A stretch of DNA of 64,000 nucleotides from the human T2T-CHM13v2.0 reference genome, Homo sapiens: NCBI RefSeq assembly GCF_009914755.1, contig NC_060938.1, one strand, 5' to 3'. Both the position numbers and the translations under genes were made by a program. Of the stretch, positions 27,726 to 42,160 are shown piece after piece. The first letter of the stretch is position 1, and each line of letters begins with the position of its first letter. The notes beneath the pieces are model-generated. The model had not been told where the DNA came from and made no database searches. It saw nothing but the letters and a program-made list of their open reading frames with translations.

Positions 27726-30700
27726 CATTTATAATAGGTAAATGAGGAAATAACTTAACAATTAAAATATTGAAATATCAAAATCTGATCTAAATGTGTT
27801 TATCAGTTTTCGGTTATATGACTAGAAGGGAAGAGACTTAGAGGACACATGATGGGTGCTGTTCTGGAAGATGTGATACAGCACGTAAGAGGGAAAAGCT
27901 GAGTGAAGAGTTCAGTGAAAAATTTACCTATTCTGTAGTTTTGACTAAATCTGATCAAAAGATAAAAACGTTTTTCAAATACCTCTGGCCACTTTATATA
28001 CACAGATTTGTGAATGGCTTCAATCATTTTGCTATGGAAAAAGGGGAGTTGTTGGACACTTTGCATATTACAAAAAATTTCTGAGATAAAGACATTAAAT
28101 GCATCCAAATCTGTACTGATATTAAAATGATAAAAGTCCCTTTGTCTTTATTCTTATGATTTCCTTTTTGTTGACGGAGTTTTCAAATGCTGTGTTCAAA
28201 TATCAGATGTGATTCCTCACTAAATTGTGAACTATAGTTCATAGAGAAATAATAATTTCTCTTCAGCTCTTCCTATAGTAGTATATTGTAATTTTAGGCA
28301 GTCTACCTAATGCTTAAAATCACCATTTCCTTAATTCTTTCTTTGTCATTTATTTCACATACCCATGAAAGTCAAATTATTGAATAAAATAATTTTGAGT
28401 TCTATCTATTTAAATGTAAGAAACCTTTTTTGAAAAATATTGGTTTAAAGTACAACACTGTCTTGAGATTTAACGAGAGCATGAATGCATTTTACATCTT
28501 ATCATGTTTTATTACTACCTAGCATCTTATTTACAATTAAAAATAATGAGTTGTAGAGATATCTATTAAGGGATTTCATGAGAAATAACTTTATTCTCAC
28601 TATGAGACTAAATGTAGGCAGCAGCACAGCATTGTTCAGGATAAAATGACTGTTTGATAGGATGATTATACCAGGAGGGATAACCTTCTCTGTGGTGTAC
28701 ATAACTTCTCAGTCTCAGAAATCCAGCCAAATACAAGTAGCAATATCCCTAAGAGACCTTTTCTGGCAATGGATGAGAGCTTTCTCCTTTAGGACATTCA
28801 GAGGTCAGTGCTTACGGTTTCAGCAGTAACCAAAGTCTATTTAAAGTGTCCCGTGTTAGAGAAATGATGAGGATAAAAATTTTCCTCTAATTTAATTCTA
28901 ACAGATCAGAAGCATTGTCAAGAACAAGCAAAAAGAATGCAGCGAATGTGTGCGAAGATATAAAAAACTGACCACAAGTTCTCCTACCATATACTTACAG
29001 GTGAAGCCTTCACAGATGAAAATGAATATGGTAGCCTAGTACAGATCAGGGCCTCAAGCTCAAGATCTGAATTATATCCTGTGTGCAGAGAATCGGCTTC
29101 ACCTTTTCCTTTTGAGAAGCAATCACACACATGACACAACTCTGAAGGACTATTTTTTCAAGTCACTTTATGTCTTCTTAATCGCAGACATTGGAGGATT
29201 GATAGATAGAGCTGGTAAGAAACAGAATAAAGATAGTAACAAATAGGCACAATAAACTATTATTAAACAGTGATAATAATAATTTCGAAAAACGTTACTA
29301 GTCACGTATGTATATAATCCCATATCATTTTAAGTTTCTTAACTTGCTTATACACCAGGGGATCTGTGATAAGCAGGATTTTTTTTTTTCTGAAACTTAT
29401 TAGCAGACATGTTTATGTGTATTTTGATGGTTGAAAAAGATCAAGAGATGGCTAGGTAAGGAGTGCAGTAAATTTGGAGCCATTTTTCAAACATTCGAGG
29501 TATATGAGTTCAGTTATTGCAGTAGTGAGTTCTGGGCTGTCCTGCAGAAAATGTGGATACTCTTTCGAGAAATGTGAAAAGCCTAATGTATTTGAGAATT
29601 CCATTTTTCTTAGTGCCACATTGGTTACATATGCATTATTTATGAAGAAAATAGGGTGATTTATTAATTTTTAAGTGAATGGTAATTGCAGGAATCTAAA
29701 TGTAACTAAAATAACTTGGGGTGAAGGGGATACAATCTCCATAATCATAAAAAGGGTTTTTCAATGAAATACAGTTATCTGCTGAGTTTTATAAAAATGA
29801 AATTTCTAAATGATTATTCCTCAAATCCATGTTGCTTGTCATTGTTGTTTTTACAAATGAGGTAGTTGACATTGTCTTCATCCTGCTTCTATGCTGGGAA
29901 CTGAATGGACATTTGCCAAATAACAGCAGATTATTGCATTTTTCAACACAAATATCCTCATACATATATTCAATAGTTTATAAATCTTTACCCAGCTTAC
30001 AGGTCACAGTTACAAAAACCATTTTTAGTTGTACATTCTCTCTCTCGCTCACTCACTCGCTTGTTCTAGCTCCCTCTTGTTCTAGTGCTCTCTTTTTCTG
30101 GCTTTACGCTCTATCTTCCAAATCCAAGTGATTCTATTTAAAATAATTGGGCCAGGTGAATTTTCAAGCTGTTTATTTTCTCTGCACTTTTTCCGTACAA
30201 CAAGCAAAACAGACACATCTGCCTATGCAAAACAGGGTCAAATCAGAATGTTTCATTTGTTTATAAAAGACTTATTTATTCATTGAAGAATGATCCAAGT
30301 TGGTCAGAAAGATCCAGAATCTCACAAAATGACTAATTCTTCAGATAATTCTAAATAGTTTTATACTCAGAACACATCTGATGTCAGGACACTTGGAAAT
30401 TTAGCCATGAAAACTCAGATTTCTCTGAATTCTGTGGATGATCATGATCCTTTAAAACAATAAACATAAGGAAATGAAAGTTTTTCCACTTATTCAATTA
30501 AGATATGTTTTTACTCCACAAAACTAAATTTATATTTTCAAAAGTTGCACTTTCTACTGAGAATTTAGACTGTCAGTAAATTTCATAAATTCTTTCAAGA
30601 TTTTATTTTCAAAGCTAAGTACATAACATCCTCCCAAACTTCCTGTATTTACAATTTCTGTAAGGTATTATTATAAGTTTTCTGTTTTGTTGTTCACAAG

Positions 30701-30988
30701 TTTAAAATTTGGAAATGCAAATACCATTCTCTTCATTTTACATGTGTTTTTTTTTTAAGAGACTTGGTTTAAGTAGTTTGTCTCCGTTTACACGAGAAAG
30801 CACTTGTCCTGCTTCCTAGCCAGTGCTATTCACTATGCAATTAATTTCATTTTATATTTTGGAATCTTATTTATGCAGGCTCAACCACATATATTTTTTT
30901 TCTTTTGGAAAATTTATTAAAAAATAAAATAATTTAAAAGAAGTGTTAGTCATTTAAAAATATTCAAATGCCTTCTAAATATAAGGAA

Positions 30989-31109
30989 TGTATTAGGGTT
31001 CTCTAGAGGGACAGAACTAATAGGATATATATATATATATATATCATATATATAATTTGTATATATATATTTGTGTATATGTATATATTTGTGTATATAT
31101 ATATGTGTA

Positions 31110-31143
<34 letters not shown>

Positions 31144-31182
31144 CACATATATATATATATACACATATATATATATATACAC

Positions 31183-31241
<59 letters not shown>

Positions 31242-31632
31242 TGGGAGTTTTTAAAGTTGTATTAACTCACACGATCACAAGGTCCCAAAATAGGCCATTT
31301 GCAAGCTGAGGAGAAGGGAAGACAGTCCAAGTCCCAAAGCTGAAGAACCTGGAGTCTGACATTCAAGGTCAGGAAGCATCCAGCAGGGGAGAAAAATGTA
31401 AGCTGGGAGGCTAAGCCAGTCTAGCCTTTTCACATTTTTCTTCCTGCTTTATGTTCCGGCCATGCTGGCAGTTGATTAGATGGTACCCACCCAGATTAAG
31501 GGTGGTTCTTCATTTCCCAGCCTACTGACTTAAATATTAATCTCCTTTGGCAACACCCTGACAGACATACCCACAATCAATACTTTGCATCCTTCAATCC
31601 AATCAAGTGGACACTCAGTATTAACCAACACA
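30989..31632 (-). mobile_element. MLT2A (HERV-L) solo LTR with expanded internal microsatellite
   Basis: TGTATTAGGGTTCTCTAGAGGGACAGAACTAATAGGA...CAATCCAATCAAGTGGACACTCAGTATTAACCAACACA. 5-bp near-TSD AGGAA (30984-30988) / AGGGA (31633-31637). Confidence 0.92.
31026..31241. repeat. Complex (TA)n/(TG)n/(CA)n microsatellite, about 215 bp
   Basis: Direct observation; accounts for the YIYIY-type ORFs in the ORF track. Confidence 0.95.
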
Positions 31633-31897
31633 AGGGACCTTGAAGGCGTACAAGAATTAAACAGAACTATCAGTTCCTTCTGGTTAGGGTGTATTTTGGT
31701 TAGATACAAAACAGGGAGACCCTTTAGAAAAGTTCTGCCATATTCTTAGTCCACCTACCTCTAACAGAATGGCCTATTATTTCCAGTAGGTCATATGTCT
31801 TGTTAGAGGCCCTACCAGTAATAAGCAGCAGCAGAGTTACAGATGCTGGTCAGCCTCAAACTAAACTTTTTTGCTTAGATAAATTTTGTCTGCTATT

Positions 31898-31927
31898 TTG
31901 TTTGTTTGTTTGTTTGTTTGTTTGTTT
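31898..31927. repeat. (TTTG)n microsatellite
   Basis: Direct observation. Confidence 0.9.
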
Positions 31928-34199
31928 TATGGACACTCGGTAGCACTTTTTATCATTTAAAGTCTTCCAAATTTAAAGCTCCATGAACACATTTTGTGCA
32001 TTTCAGCATTACTCAAGTTCTGAGACTTTTAGTCATGTCATGCTGTCCATGAAATATCTGATAGATCTGTTCTTTCCTTGGGCATCGTATTGCTTCTACA
32101 AACATAGCTCAAAGTGTAAGGAATTTGTAATTTTCATCATAACTGACAGGACTGGCAGACACATTTTTCTCAGTTGACTTGGTGCATGCTTTTGACGTGC
32201 ATAACTTATGAAAGCAGTGTTTATTTGTTTACAATTTAAATTCTCAGAGCCACAAAATAGATTACAACATAGTCTTGTTCAAAATTAAATGAAAATGATA
32301 TTTGAATTATTTTAGAATGAAATACTTTGTATTTTTTTTGTAGAAAGTATTTGGAGTACAAAATTATGCAGGTTAGAATAAATGCAAAGCTGACCAACCC
32401 TATAAGTTAAATAAGTAATTTGTGCCAATGGTTAGTACACACACTGTTTTCAGTACACACTGCTAAGCTGCCTCAAAGAATAATTTTGTTTTGTAGATCC
32501 ATAGTAATAAACTTCTTTATGTCTCAAGTTCCAGCTTGGTGTAAATTTAATTAGCTGAATAGTAACATCAAATTTATCATAAAAGTCGTAACTGACCATT
32601 AACTACTATGTAACGCTGGAGACATGACCCTATCATGATACTATAAGATTGCCTGTTCTAGAACATGACAAACAGTTAGGGGGAACAGGAAAAGTCAGTG
32701 TATTTGTCACTAGGAACAAGAAAGATCAAAGGAACATGACCTTGTGCTGTTTCATTGTTTTCACAATTTTAAGACGCACACTATACTCTTAATGGCAAAT
32801 GCCTAGAGGTGTGGTGCCTTCATTTTAAATTACAGCTATGTATGTTTAAGAGATTGTGTCGGCATTTTCAAGGAGTTGCTTCTCTGTATTATATATTTTG
32901 TTTTAAATTTAGCAAAAGGCCAAGCTCAAATTCATTCCTAATGAGCCATGTGTTAATGTCAAAGTCTCTGCTGTCCACTCAAATGCCAAAGAACACATCT
33001 GACTTTATAATGAGCCAAACAGTTGTCTCTTCATAATCTCAGTTAGCCTTCTGTTAGATAGCTGCATCCAAAATTTATAACACAGTGGTGGAGGTTGTGG
33101 CTGTGATGGCTGAAAGCCAATCAAAGATGTAAGACTTCTCATATTGTGTCAATATTATTGCCAAGTCTTTACCATTCTACCTCCACATAGAAGAAAGTGT
33201 CTCAACAAATTCCAGATGGAATGTTGCCTGATTTTCATCTGTCCTGTACACTAATGGAGGAAAGATCAAAAGCAGATGACAGGCATCAAGGCAATCCGCC
33301 AGTGGCAGGGCTATGGGAATGAGAACAAAAGTATGCAATGGCACTGCCAAACCTTTGTTTTCCCCAGAGGACACTGTTTCCAATTAACTATATAATTTCT
33401 TATACTCTTATGTTCTGAACTTTGTTTGCTTTCTGACTTGAAACTTGCTGACATTCAAAAGTTTAATGTTTATCTTCTCTATTCTCTAGGTAATATGTTA
33501 CCTGGTTAACATGAAAATGAATGTCTTCACATAGTCATGAGTAATGAAGTGGATATCTAGAAGCAAGGGGATTTTAGGATATTGTGGATGAAGTGTCTTA
33601 CATAGATATTAAAATTGTGAGTTGAGATTTGATAGATAATTCAGGCAAATCTTTAAAGCTGAGGGACATTTACATTTTTATTTCACTTCCTAGTGAGTCA
33701 GTCTGCACTCATACAGGTTCTCAGATAGGTTTTTCAAGGATTTACCCAAGTGTAATAGAGATATTGGAGTATTTATACTTCAAGTTGAAAAATATTTTAG
33801 TAGCGATAGAAAAACAGAAAAATACATCAGAATAAAAATAAGTAGAAAATATTAGTACTGTATTTTAATATTAAGTTATTACATTTTATGATATAGGATT
33901 TTTGACTTTATTGGATTTTTCCAATTTGTCTCTAATGAGGTTGATTTTTTTAAAATTTCAGTTGAAGTAGGTAAATATCCAAGTCCTGGTACTACACAAA
34001 TCAGGTCGAAGAATGAGGTTTGCTCATTAAAAGAAGGGATGGCAATACATTAAAATGACTTCACTGAATAAATACCTTTGCTACATGCTTCAGGCTTTGT
34101 TTTAGTTTTTGTTTGTTTCTTTACCAAGCTATTTTTGAACACTTTTAAGTAATAGTCTTATCAACTAAAGTAACAGCTTAAACATTTATAGTTTATTTT

Positions 34200-34500
34200 A
34201 ATGTATATATTGATAAAAATATATCAATTTAGATGATATCAAATATGTCAAGTACCTAAGAATTAATATAACAAAAGCTGTGAAAAACCTATACCATAAA
34301 TTTGTAAAAATTGATTGACAAGCTAATTTTAAAATTGGTATGAAACTACAAAGAAATAAGATAGCAAAAATGGTTTTGAAGACGACAAAAACTAGAGGCC
34401 TTATATTGCCAGACATCAAGCTAATTACAAAAGTATAGTAATCAGTATGCTGTTGGCAAATAGAATATACTCATTGAATAGAGCAATTTGCTTCAAAGCT
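34200..34500 (+). mobile_element. Old L1 ORF2 fragment
   Basis: AAAATTGATTGACAAGCTAATTTTAAAATT...GCCAGACATCAAGCTAATTACAAAAGTATAGTAATCA. Confidence 0.7.
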
Positions 34501-34719
34501 AAAAGTGGAAATTGGTATAGTGATGCAACTACAGAGAAAGAGCGAGAGAGAGATAGAAATGGGAGGAAGTCAGGAGAAAGAGAAAGTGGTGAAGGTGGGG
34601 AGAAGGGGGAATATGCAGCATTATGTGAAATAATGTCTTGTCCCCTCATTTCAGAGTGTATTTGTTTCCAAGTTATGACAAATAATTTGTTTTCATGATT
34701 TGTTATCTAGGCCATATCT

Positions 34720-35690
34720 ACCTAGTCGGCCATAAATACTCTGTGGCTTTAAGTAAAGTCCATGTGTGAGTGATTCCCAAATCTGTATCTTTGGCTCTAA
34801 TTTCTCCCTGGAACTTGATTCTTATATCTAATTACCTAATAGAACACATCACATTATTACCTAATATTTATCTCAAATTTGGCATGTTATAAAGAGGACT
34901 CTTTATCTCTTCTTGTGTTCTCCCAAATGTATACCTTTCTCAGGCTGTAAATAACTTTAATGCTTTATTCAACCAAAAATATGGGCATTCTCTTTAATTA
35001 GTCTGCTTTCCTAACCCTATCCTGTATGTATCTCTCTCCAGTACCATTGTAGTCATAACTATTTTTATCTCTTGCTTAAAGCAAAACAGTAACTCCTGTT
35101 TTCCTGATTCCACTATTGATTACTTCCTTATGATCTATTCTCAACACAACAGACTCACATTTAGAAAAAAATATATGTCAAGTAATGTCATACCTGTGTA
35201 AAGTAATAATAATAATAAACATAAGAATACAAAGTCTTCTTTCCCATCAAGATTCATATAATTTGTACCTTCTGAATCTCTCCATGCTCTTCCTTTTGCC
35301 TACCACACCATCCTACTCAACTCACCTGAAATTTTTTGTTTTTCTAATTCCATGAGCCTACACAGCTAGTTTCTACATTTGATCTTTTGAACAAACTATA
35401 CCTTTGCCTGGAATGTCTTTTTCTGAATCTTGTTTGACTATGTCCTTACTGTTGTGACCATTACTTTCAGGTTACTTCAATTGGCCAATCTGTTTAAAGT
35501 GAAATCTCATATAACAGGCTATTTAACTTTCAATATAATACTTATCATAATCTGATATTTACCTCTTTATTCATTTACACAACACTCAATAGAACACAAG
35601 CTCCTCCTAACAGGAATCTTGCTTTTAGCTGTACAGTGGTGCCTATCAAATAAGTACTTGATATTTACTGTTAAATGTTAAAAGAATGAT
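34720..35690 (+). mobile_element. L2 3' region
   Basis: GATTCCCAAATCTGTATCT...TTCTCAACACAACAG...CTTTGCCTGGAATGTC...AGAACACAAGCTCC...ACAGTGGTGCCT. Confidence 0.7.
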
Positions 35691-37257
35691 AGGTTGCAAT
35701 GAAAAGGCATAATTTGGCAAGACCACTGATCAGATGAGGACTGGAATTTCAGTCCCGGATTAATTAGGACAAACAGTCAAACCAAAGTAAAATATTAGAA
35801 TAACCCCACTGAGAAGAACTGGCAAAATAATCACAGATAGAAGAGATATAATAAGCATTTAGAACAACATCCTCCTCTCATCTGTAAAAGGAAGATTACT
35901 TTTCCTTTCTCTAATTCTAATACAGCAAAGCTAGAGGTTATGAACATCATTTCACTACCATTTGCACGCTAAAGACCTAATGATGGTGGATGTATTTTTA
36001 TCTTCTAGACTTCTAAATTTGATAGAATATTGACATTGGTCTCACGGGGCTATTGAATGATTTCCTGGGTCATGTCTGAAATCTAGCTAAATGTATTATC
36101 TCTAAAGGAGTTAATACAAGGTCATCGAAATTAAGATTGTAAATGTCTAAACTGATGAAATCAGTACTGAAGAGGCCCCAATATTTCCATAGACAAAATA
36201 GGGAACTAAAGTGTCTAAAATGTTGAATATGTGTCATCGTCTTATATAACATGAATAGAGAGCAAAATAATCAAAATTAAGAAGTTGGGAAATTGGGTTA
36301 TCAGCTATTTCCCAAAATCATATGTGGAGCTGCATTTTGATATTTCGCTCAGGTCAGTTTTAACATTTCAGTGTGAAGTTCTGGTATATACATAATTGAT
36401 GAACTGAAGTAGAGTTCACAATGATTTTTTGTTCATTGATATTTTCTTTGCAAAGACAGACGCCAAATGGGAAGGCTAATTTATAATGTTCCACCCCTTT
36501 TAGAAATTTATCTTAGATGGGAAGAAAATAGTTACAAGTTTTAAAAAATATATTTTGAATAGTAGCATTGGTATAGGACCTTAGTACCTGTACAGTATTT
36601 TAACCATGATGCTGACTTGAGTCTCTTGTGTTACAATACTGACTTTTTTTTGTACTGTTGCTCAATGGCTAAATATGTGTAATGAATACCTGCTGTTCTT
36701 AAAACCTGGAATTTAGATAGGATACCTTGCTTTAATTGAATCTCCTTTGCAACTGTGGAAATGAAAAATAGTATACTTAACTAAGTAGTACTTATTTTTT
36801 TTCCATTATGATAACCATAGCCTATTCAAAGAATGTAGCTTTATTTATTCTGCTTATATTGCCATAATTTAATTTATTCTAAGAATTGCTGATAAACCAA
36901 TATTAAAGCAATAAAAAAAGTGTTTCGGGATAAGCATAACTCTAACTATACTTCAAAATTATGATGCATTGTTTATAAACTAAATTTTTTTCCCTCTGGG
37001 AAAAAATGTTTGTGTTACATTATAAAAAAATGTAAATCACATTAAACATGTGCTTTAGATTCATGTTCTAATGAATAATTTGTGATAGAAGACAATTAGA
37101 CAATTCAAGAAAATGCTTAGCTTCAGTTATAAGAGTGGAAGGAAAGATAAATAATTGCCAAATACTCTATATTTAAGTATTTATAACATTTTATTCAGGA
37201 CTACATATGAGGATATGGTAGCACTATTAGTCATAATGAAAGGCAATATAAAATATT

Positions 37258-37547
37258 ATATATATATATACATATATATATTTGAGATATGGCCTTGCTC
37301 TGTCACCCAGGCTGTAGTTCAGTGGCATGATCTCGGCTCCCTGCAAGCTCTGCCTCCCAGACTCAGGCTATCTTCCCCCCTCAGCCTCCTGAGTAGCTGG
37401 GACCACAGCTGACTAATTTTTTATAGTTTTTGTAGAGATGGGATTGCACCATGTTTCTCAGGCTGGCCTTGAACTGCTGGACTCAAGCAATCTGCACACC
37501 TTGGCCTCCCAAAGTGTTGGGATTAAAATAAGCCACTTTTCCCGGCC
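37258..37547 (-). mobile_element. AluJ-like element with tail turned into (TA)n
   Basis: TTGAGATATGGCCTTGCTCTGTCACCCAGGCTG...GGACTCAAGCAATCTGC...CCTCCCAAAGTGTTGGGATT...CCCGGCC. Confidence 0.9.
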
Positions 37548-38486
37548 CAAAATATTCTTTGATTTTTTTTTTTTTTTTGCTGTTATTTTGTGTTCCTATC
37601 CTTCTGAATTCCCCTATAAAATAATGCAATATGATTTTCCCTTCTTTATTTAAATATACAAATACTTATTTAAAATGTAAAATTAGTTATGTAAGGTAAT
37701 TTATAAGCCTTTGTATAATACTTATAAAAGTATATAGATATGGATTTAATTACCATAAATATTTACCTGTTTACTTATACCTTTAAACCAATATTTATGA
37801 ACATTTTCAAAATATCAATATAATTTTGTAATTATTGTCTCTTTAAAATAAGAGAATTTAGGATACCATTATTTTCAAACATGTACTAATGTACTAATTG
37901 TTTAATTGTTTATTAAGTAAGATTAACTGAGCTCTATAAATAATAATTTAGTAATTTTTTTGCACTTCATGCTATCAAAAATTTTAGTACACAGTAGTTT
38001 CAATAAACAATTTAGAGTTCCTCTTTTAAGGTGGTAAAATTGATATAACTCACATTTTAAATTAAAAAAGCATTAAAATTCAACATAACTACTTCATAGG
38101 GTGAATCAGTCACTTATGAACCATGACATGGAATATCATCGAAATACCCTTCTCTCTTAGAAACAGAAGATCAGCCCTGGCAAAGATATAATAACATTTT
38201 AGATCATATGCAGCACTTAAAGATGTAGTATTTAAAACTACGACTGTCATTTACAGTTAGCAAGATACAGATTTAATAAGTATCTCAAATCAGATCTCAA
38301 TTAATGATATATAGATAAGAACTCTAGGAGATTAGAAAAATTCACTTACGTTTGGCCCCAGATTGAAAAAGTCCTTGTCATTTTCTGATAATTGCACATG
38401 AGAAGTGAAGAAAAATAACTTCCTACATAATTCTTCTTTATTTCCTAAGACAAGTCACCCCAACGTCCAGTGTATTCCCTGAACTA

Positions 38487-38733
38487 CTGTGGCTGAAAGC
38501 TGAAACCCTGGATTAAATGTCCCTAGTTCAAATTTCTGGTCTGTCAATTAGTAGTTGTTGACTTTTGGTAACTTACTTAATTTATTTGCATCCTATTTTC
38601 TGTATTTATAAAAAGGAGATAACAATGGCATCTAATAGGTTGGTTATGAGCACTAAATAAGTTAATATTTGCAAAGCATGTAGAACAGTGCCAAGCATAT
38701 ACTAAGCACTCGTTAAATGCCATCATTATTATT
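38487..38733 (+). mobile_element. MIR SINE, near full length
   Basis: CTAGTTCAAATTTCTGGTCTG...TTATAAAAAGGAGATAA...AAAGCATGTAGAACAGTGCC...TAAGCACTCGTTAAATG. Confidence 0.8.
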
Positions 38734-38999
38734 TCATTCTGCTCCATTTCCACCTGTTTGATGTGATGGATTTTCTTGGTCTGTGTAATTGCTGTCATGT
38801 AGTTACTCTCTTGCATAGCTTTCTACTCCTAAATATCTGGCTCCATATCTAACCAAAACATCACTTGCTCTCATTAGATTACATAAATTTTGAGAAAAGG
38901 GATCATGTCTTATTTGTTTTTATTCTTTTTAAAGAAAATTTAATATTTGCATATTTGCTGGAAAGTGGGTATATAATTGAATAGATATTAATTAGGAGG

Positions 39000-40378
39000 G
39001 ACATGGTTTTTAATAATCAGTACTGACTAACTTAATGGAGTATATGTATATTTCTAGACCGTAGCTCTCTGGGAGGTATCAGCAAGAACTAATAGTTTGT
39101 AATCAGGTATTGTTTAAAAGATAGAAAAAAATAGATAAACATTATATACATGGATTATTATATATGCATCTGTTCTCAATCTCTATTCATTCAGGGTAAC
39201 TAAAATTAATGACAGCCCTGCAATAGTGAGCATACCTAATGCCCAGATCTTCTTTTTGAAATATAATTATTCTACAAAAGGAACCAGTCACTTAAGACAA
39301 ATGATTGATTCCAGTTGTTGATTTCTAGAGCAGAGAAAATACTAGATGAGCCTGAAATTTTTGTAGTGTCAAAAAGTAAGGACATTTAAAAATAATAAGA
39401 TGAAATATTATCAAAAGATCACAGACACCAACCTCAGCCAAAGCTAGAAAAAAAATGAAGACAAAATAATGATACTATTGCATTATAACACATAGTATTA
39501 ATTATCCAAGAGTTCATACTGATATAAACAAAAAAATCACATAGGCAAATGGATAAGAAGAAAGAGCTATTTCATATGGTACAATTTTATTCAATAAATA
39601 TATCATCAAAAAAGAAAATCCAAAGTAATCATTAGGCAAACATCACAATAATCATTGTTGTAAACAAGATCCACCGATGCTAAAACTATTGGGTAAAAGT
39701 TTGAGACTAAAGAAGATTTACGAAGTATAAAACTTTCCTTCCCAAAATAAACCCACAAAGAGGACAGTAGGGCATCTTACAAAGGGGAAAAGAGTAACTT
39801 CACGCTAGAGAAACCTGGCAGCAACCACTTAACCAAAAGACTAATGTCAGAATACCACCAGTGATAAAACAAATTAGCACAATAAATAACCTTGTAATAT
39901 GATGAATTCAGAAGGACATAATATCATGTTTATGGTGTTCTTGCTAAACTTTCATAACCTCAGTCCAACAATGAGAAAATACCAGACAAACCCATATTGA
40001 AGGAATTATATCCTTCAAAAATTAAAACGGCTTAAAAAAATTCTCCAAAAGTTTCAAATTTTGCAAAAGAAGGAATGACAGTGAAATTGTTACAAACTGT
40101 AGACAAATGGGAAATAACAAGTAAATGCAATGTGAGGGAGCCTGGATAGAGTCCTAAAACAGTAAAAGGACATTAGTGGAACAATTTCATGAAATTTGAA
40201 TAAATTCTAAAGCTCAAGCTAGTAGTAGTGCACCAATGTTCATGTCCTGTTCCTCATAATTGTATTATGATTTTATAAGGTATTAATTTGAGGAAAATCC
40301 AGGAGGATTATTCAGAAAACATCCGTACTATTTTTGCAGATTTTTGTATGTCTAAAATTTACTTTAATATAAAAAGTT
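39000..40378 (+). mobile_element. L1MC/L1MD-type 3' UTR
   Basis: AGTAACTTCACGCTAGAGAAACCTGGCAGCAACCACTTAACCAA...CAGACAAACCC...GTACTATTTTTGCAGATTTTTGTATGTCTAAAATT. Confidence 0.8.
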
Positions 40379-40464
40379 GTGAAAGTTGTATTCTTCTTAA
40401 ATTGAGTGACCACTAACCATATAATTGTTAGGAAGCTTTAAGTTTTATATTATATTCTAGAAAT

Positions 40465-40860
40465 GCTAAGGATTAGTCCGCATAGACTAAGACATATGCT
40501 TCAAAACGGACCCAAAATTTTTAATGGTTTAATACAATCAAGTTTTGACGCTCATTCACACTGTTCTGCAGGCCTTGCCAATTCTCTAAGAAAGTCTCGG
40601 AGCAATACAGTACCTAAGATGACAGAGGTTTCACCATTCTGTAGGAACACTATTTAGGATGTAGGACATCTTCTGTCAATGCAGCATGAGAGTATGAAAC
40701 TTGATTGTGCTGAAAACTGAAAATCAAACGCTTCACTTTTAAAGTGATCTTTATAATGTTTCATTGGTCACACAGCCACATCTTACATCAAAAAATACAG
40801 TGATATGTATTCCTTCACTTAATCAGAACATAAGAGAAACAAGACATCAGTGAATATTTA
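40465..40860 (-). mobile_element. Degenerate MLT1-like LTR fragment
   Basis: AAACGGACCCAAAATTTTTAATGGTTTAATACAATCAAG...CATTGGTCACACAGCCACATCT. Confidence 0.45.
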
Positions 40861-40959
40861 TTTCAAACACAAATTGCTCATGAGATATCATTGACCATTC
40901 TTGAGTAAATAATACTTCCTATTATAGGAAAAGCATCACCTTGGAATAAGAAATATTCT

Positions 40960-41150
40960 CCTTCTCTAGATATAGCTATGACCTTTAGCAAGTTAGGTAA
41001 ACTTTACTAACTCTGTTCACTTCTTTGTCAAATGACGATGATGTTTTCTCCCTTGCATTGCTCTTATAGATTAAATGTATTAATTGAGTTAATGTACAAA
41101 AATCTTCTGACACAGTTCCTGACATATTTAGTAAACATGTATTTAATAAA
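40960..41150 (+). mobile_element. MIR fragment
   Basis: AGCTATGACCTTTAGCAAGTT...ACTCTGTTCACTTCTTTGTCAAATG...ACAGTTCCTGACATAT. Confidence 0.6.
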
Positions 41151-41277
41151 TTGGGGAAGCATTGTGAGTGTAGACACACAGGTATACCAGAATTAGGATC
41201 TGGCTCACATTAAGCTCTACAATCAATAGTTCGAGATCTATGAATAGAGCCATGTGATGCTTAGACGCTGATATTCC

Positions 41278-41280
<3 letters not shown>

Positions 41281-41324
<44 letters not shown>
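41281..41324. repeat. (GT)22 microsatellite
   Basis: Pure dinucleotide run. Confidence 0.97.
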
Positions 41325-41325
<1 letters not shown>

Positions 41326-41971
41326 GGGGAATGGTGACAGGACTTACATATGTATGTTTTCTGAACTAAATTGATTGTACATAAGGAAAGAACTCCAGTG
41401 CCATCATGTACATTAAATTTCACATTTTTCTATAATATTGTTGAATATTAAAGATCATAAAAACCACAAAGAGGCGATGGTGGTGGTGGGGTCTTAAAAA
41501 GGATGAAGTATCCTATTTATTCCATAATTTTCTTTTCATATAGAGCTTTTTAAAATGTTTAGAAATGGCAGGCATTGTGGAACTAGGAAATCATCATAGA
41601 AACTTCATTTATAAAATCTTTAGAAAGCTTATCCAACTGAGTTAGTGTTAAACTGAGATATATTCTCATTCCCATCATATTTCTCAAGCCATAGGTCATT
41701 CAACTTGTCTAATGCTCTAATAAGATGTAAAAAATTGTCTTAATTTATATTATTCTGAGACCTTAAGATCTGTAATTTGGGTGTGGTGAGGCATTAATTT
41801 TACATCCAAGGCCTCAGTTCATTGATTTCCTGGATGTGCATTACAATTAGAAGATTCCAGGCTGCATAGAAAATTCTGTAGAAGAAAAATTTACAAAGTT
41901 CAAATGAATGATGTGCCTCATGAGAATATATGCATATAAGAAAGAAAATATGGTTATTTCATCACTACAAT

Positions 41972-42160
41972 TATTCATTCATTCAAAAATTCATTTTTGA
42001 GCATCTATATGAACCAGGAACTATGATGTATACCGCAGACACATCTTGAAACAACAACAAAGACACAATTTTGTCTTCTTGGAAGAGAGAAATACATAAT
42101 CAAATGCATAAATAAGATTATTTCAGAGAGGGATGAGTTCTACAAAAGATATCAGAGGGG
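41972..42160 (-). mobile_element. L2 3' fragment
   Basis: TTCATTCATTCAAAAATTCATTTTTGAGCATCTATATGAACCAGG...AAAGACACAATT. Confidence 0.65.

Noticed and set aside
30950-31309. Six overlapping ORFs rich in Y/I/C/V/H/T
   Set aside because: Translations of a (TA)/(TG)/(CA) microsatellite inside an MLT2A LTR; not a gene.
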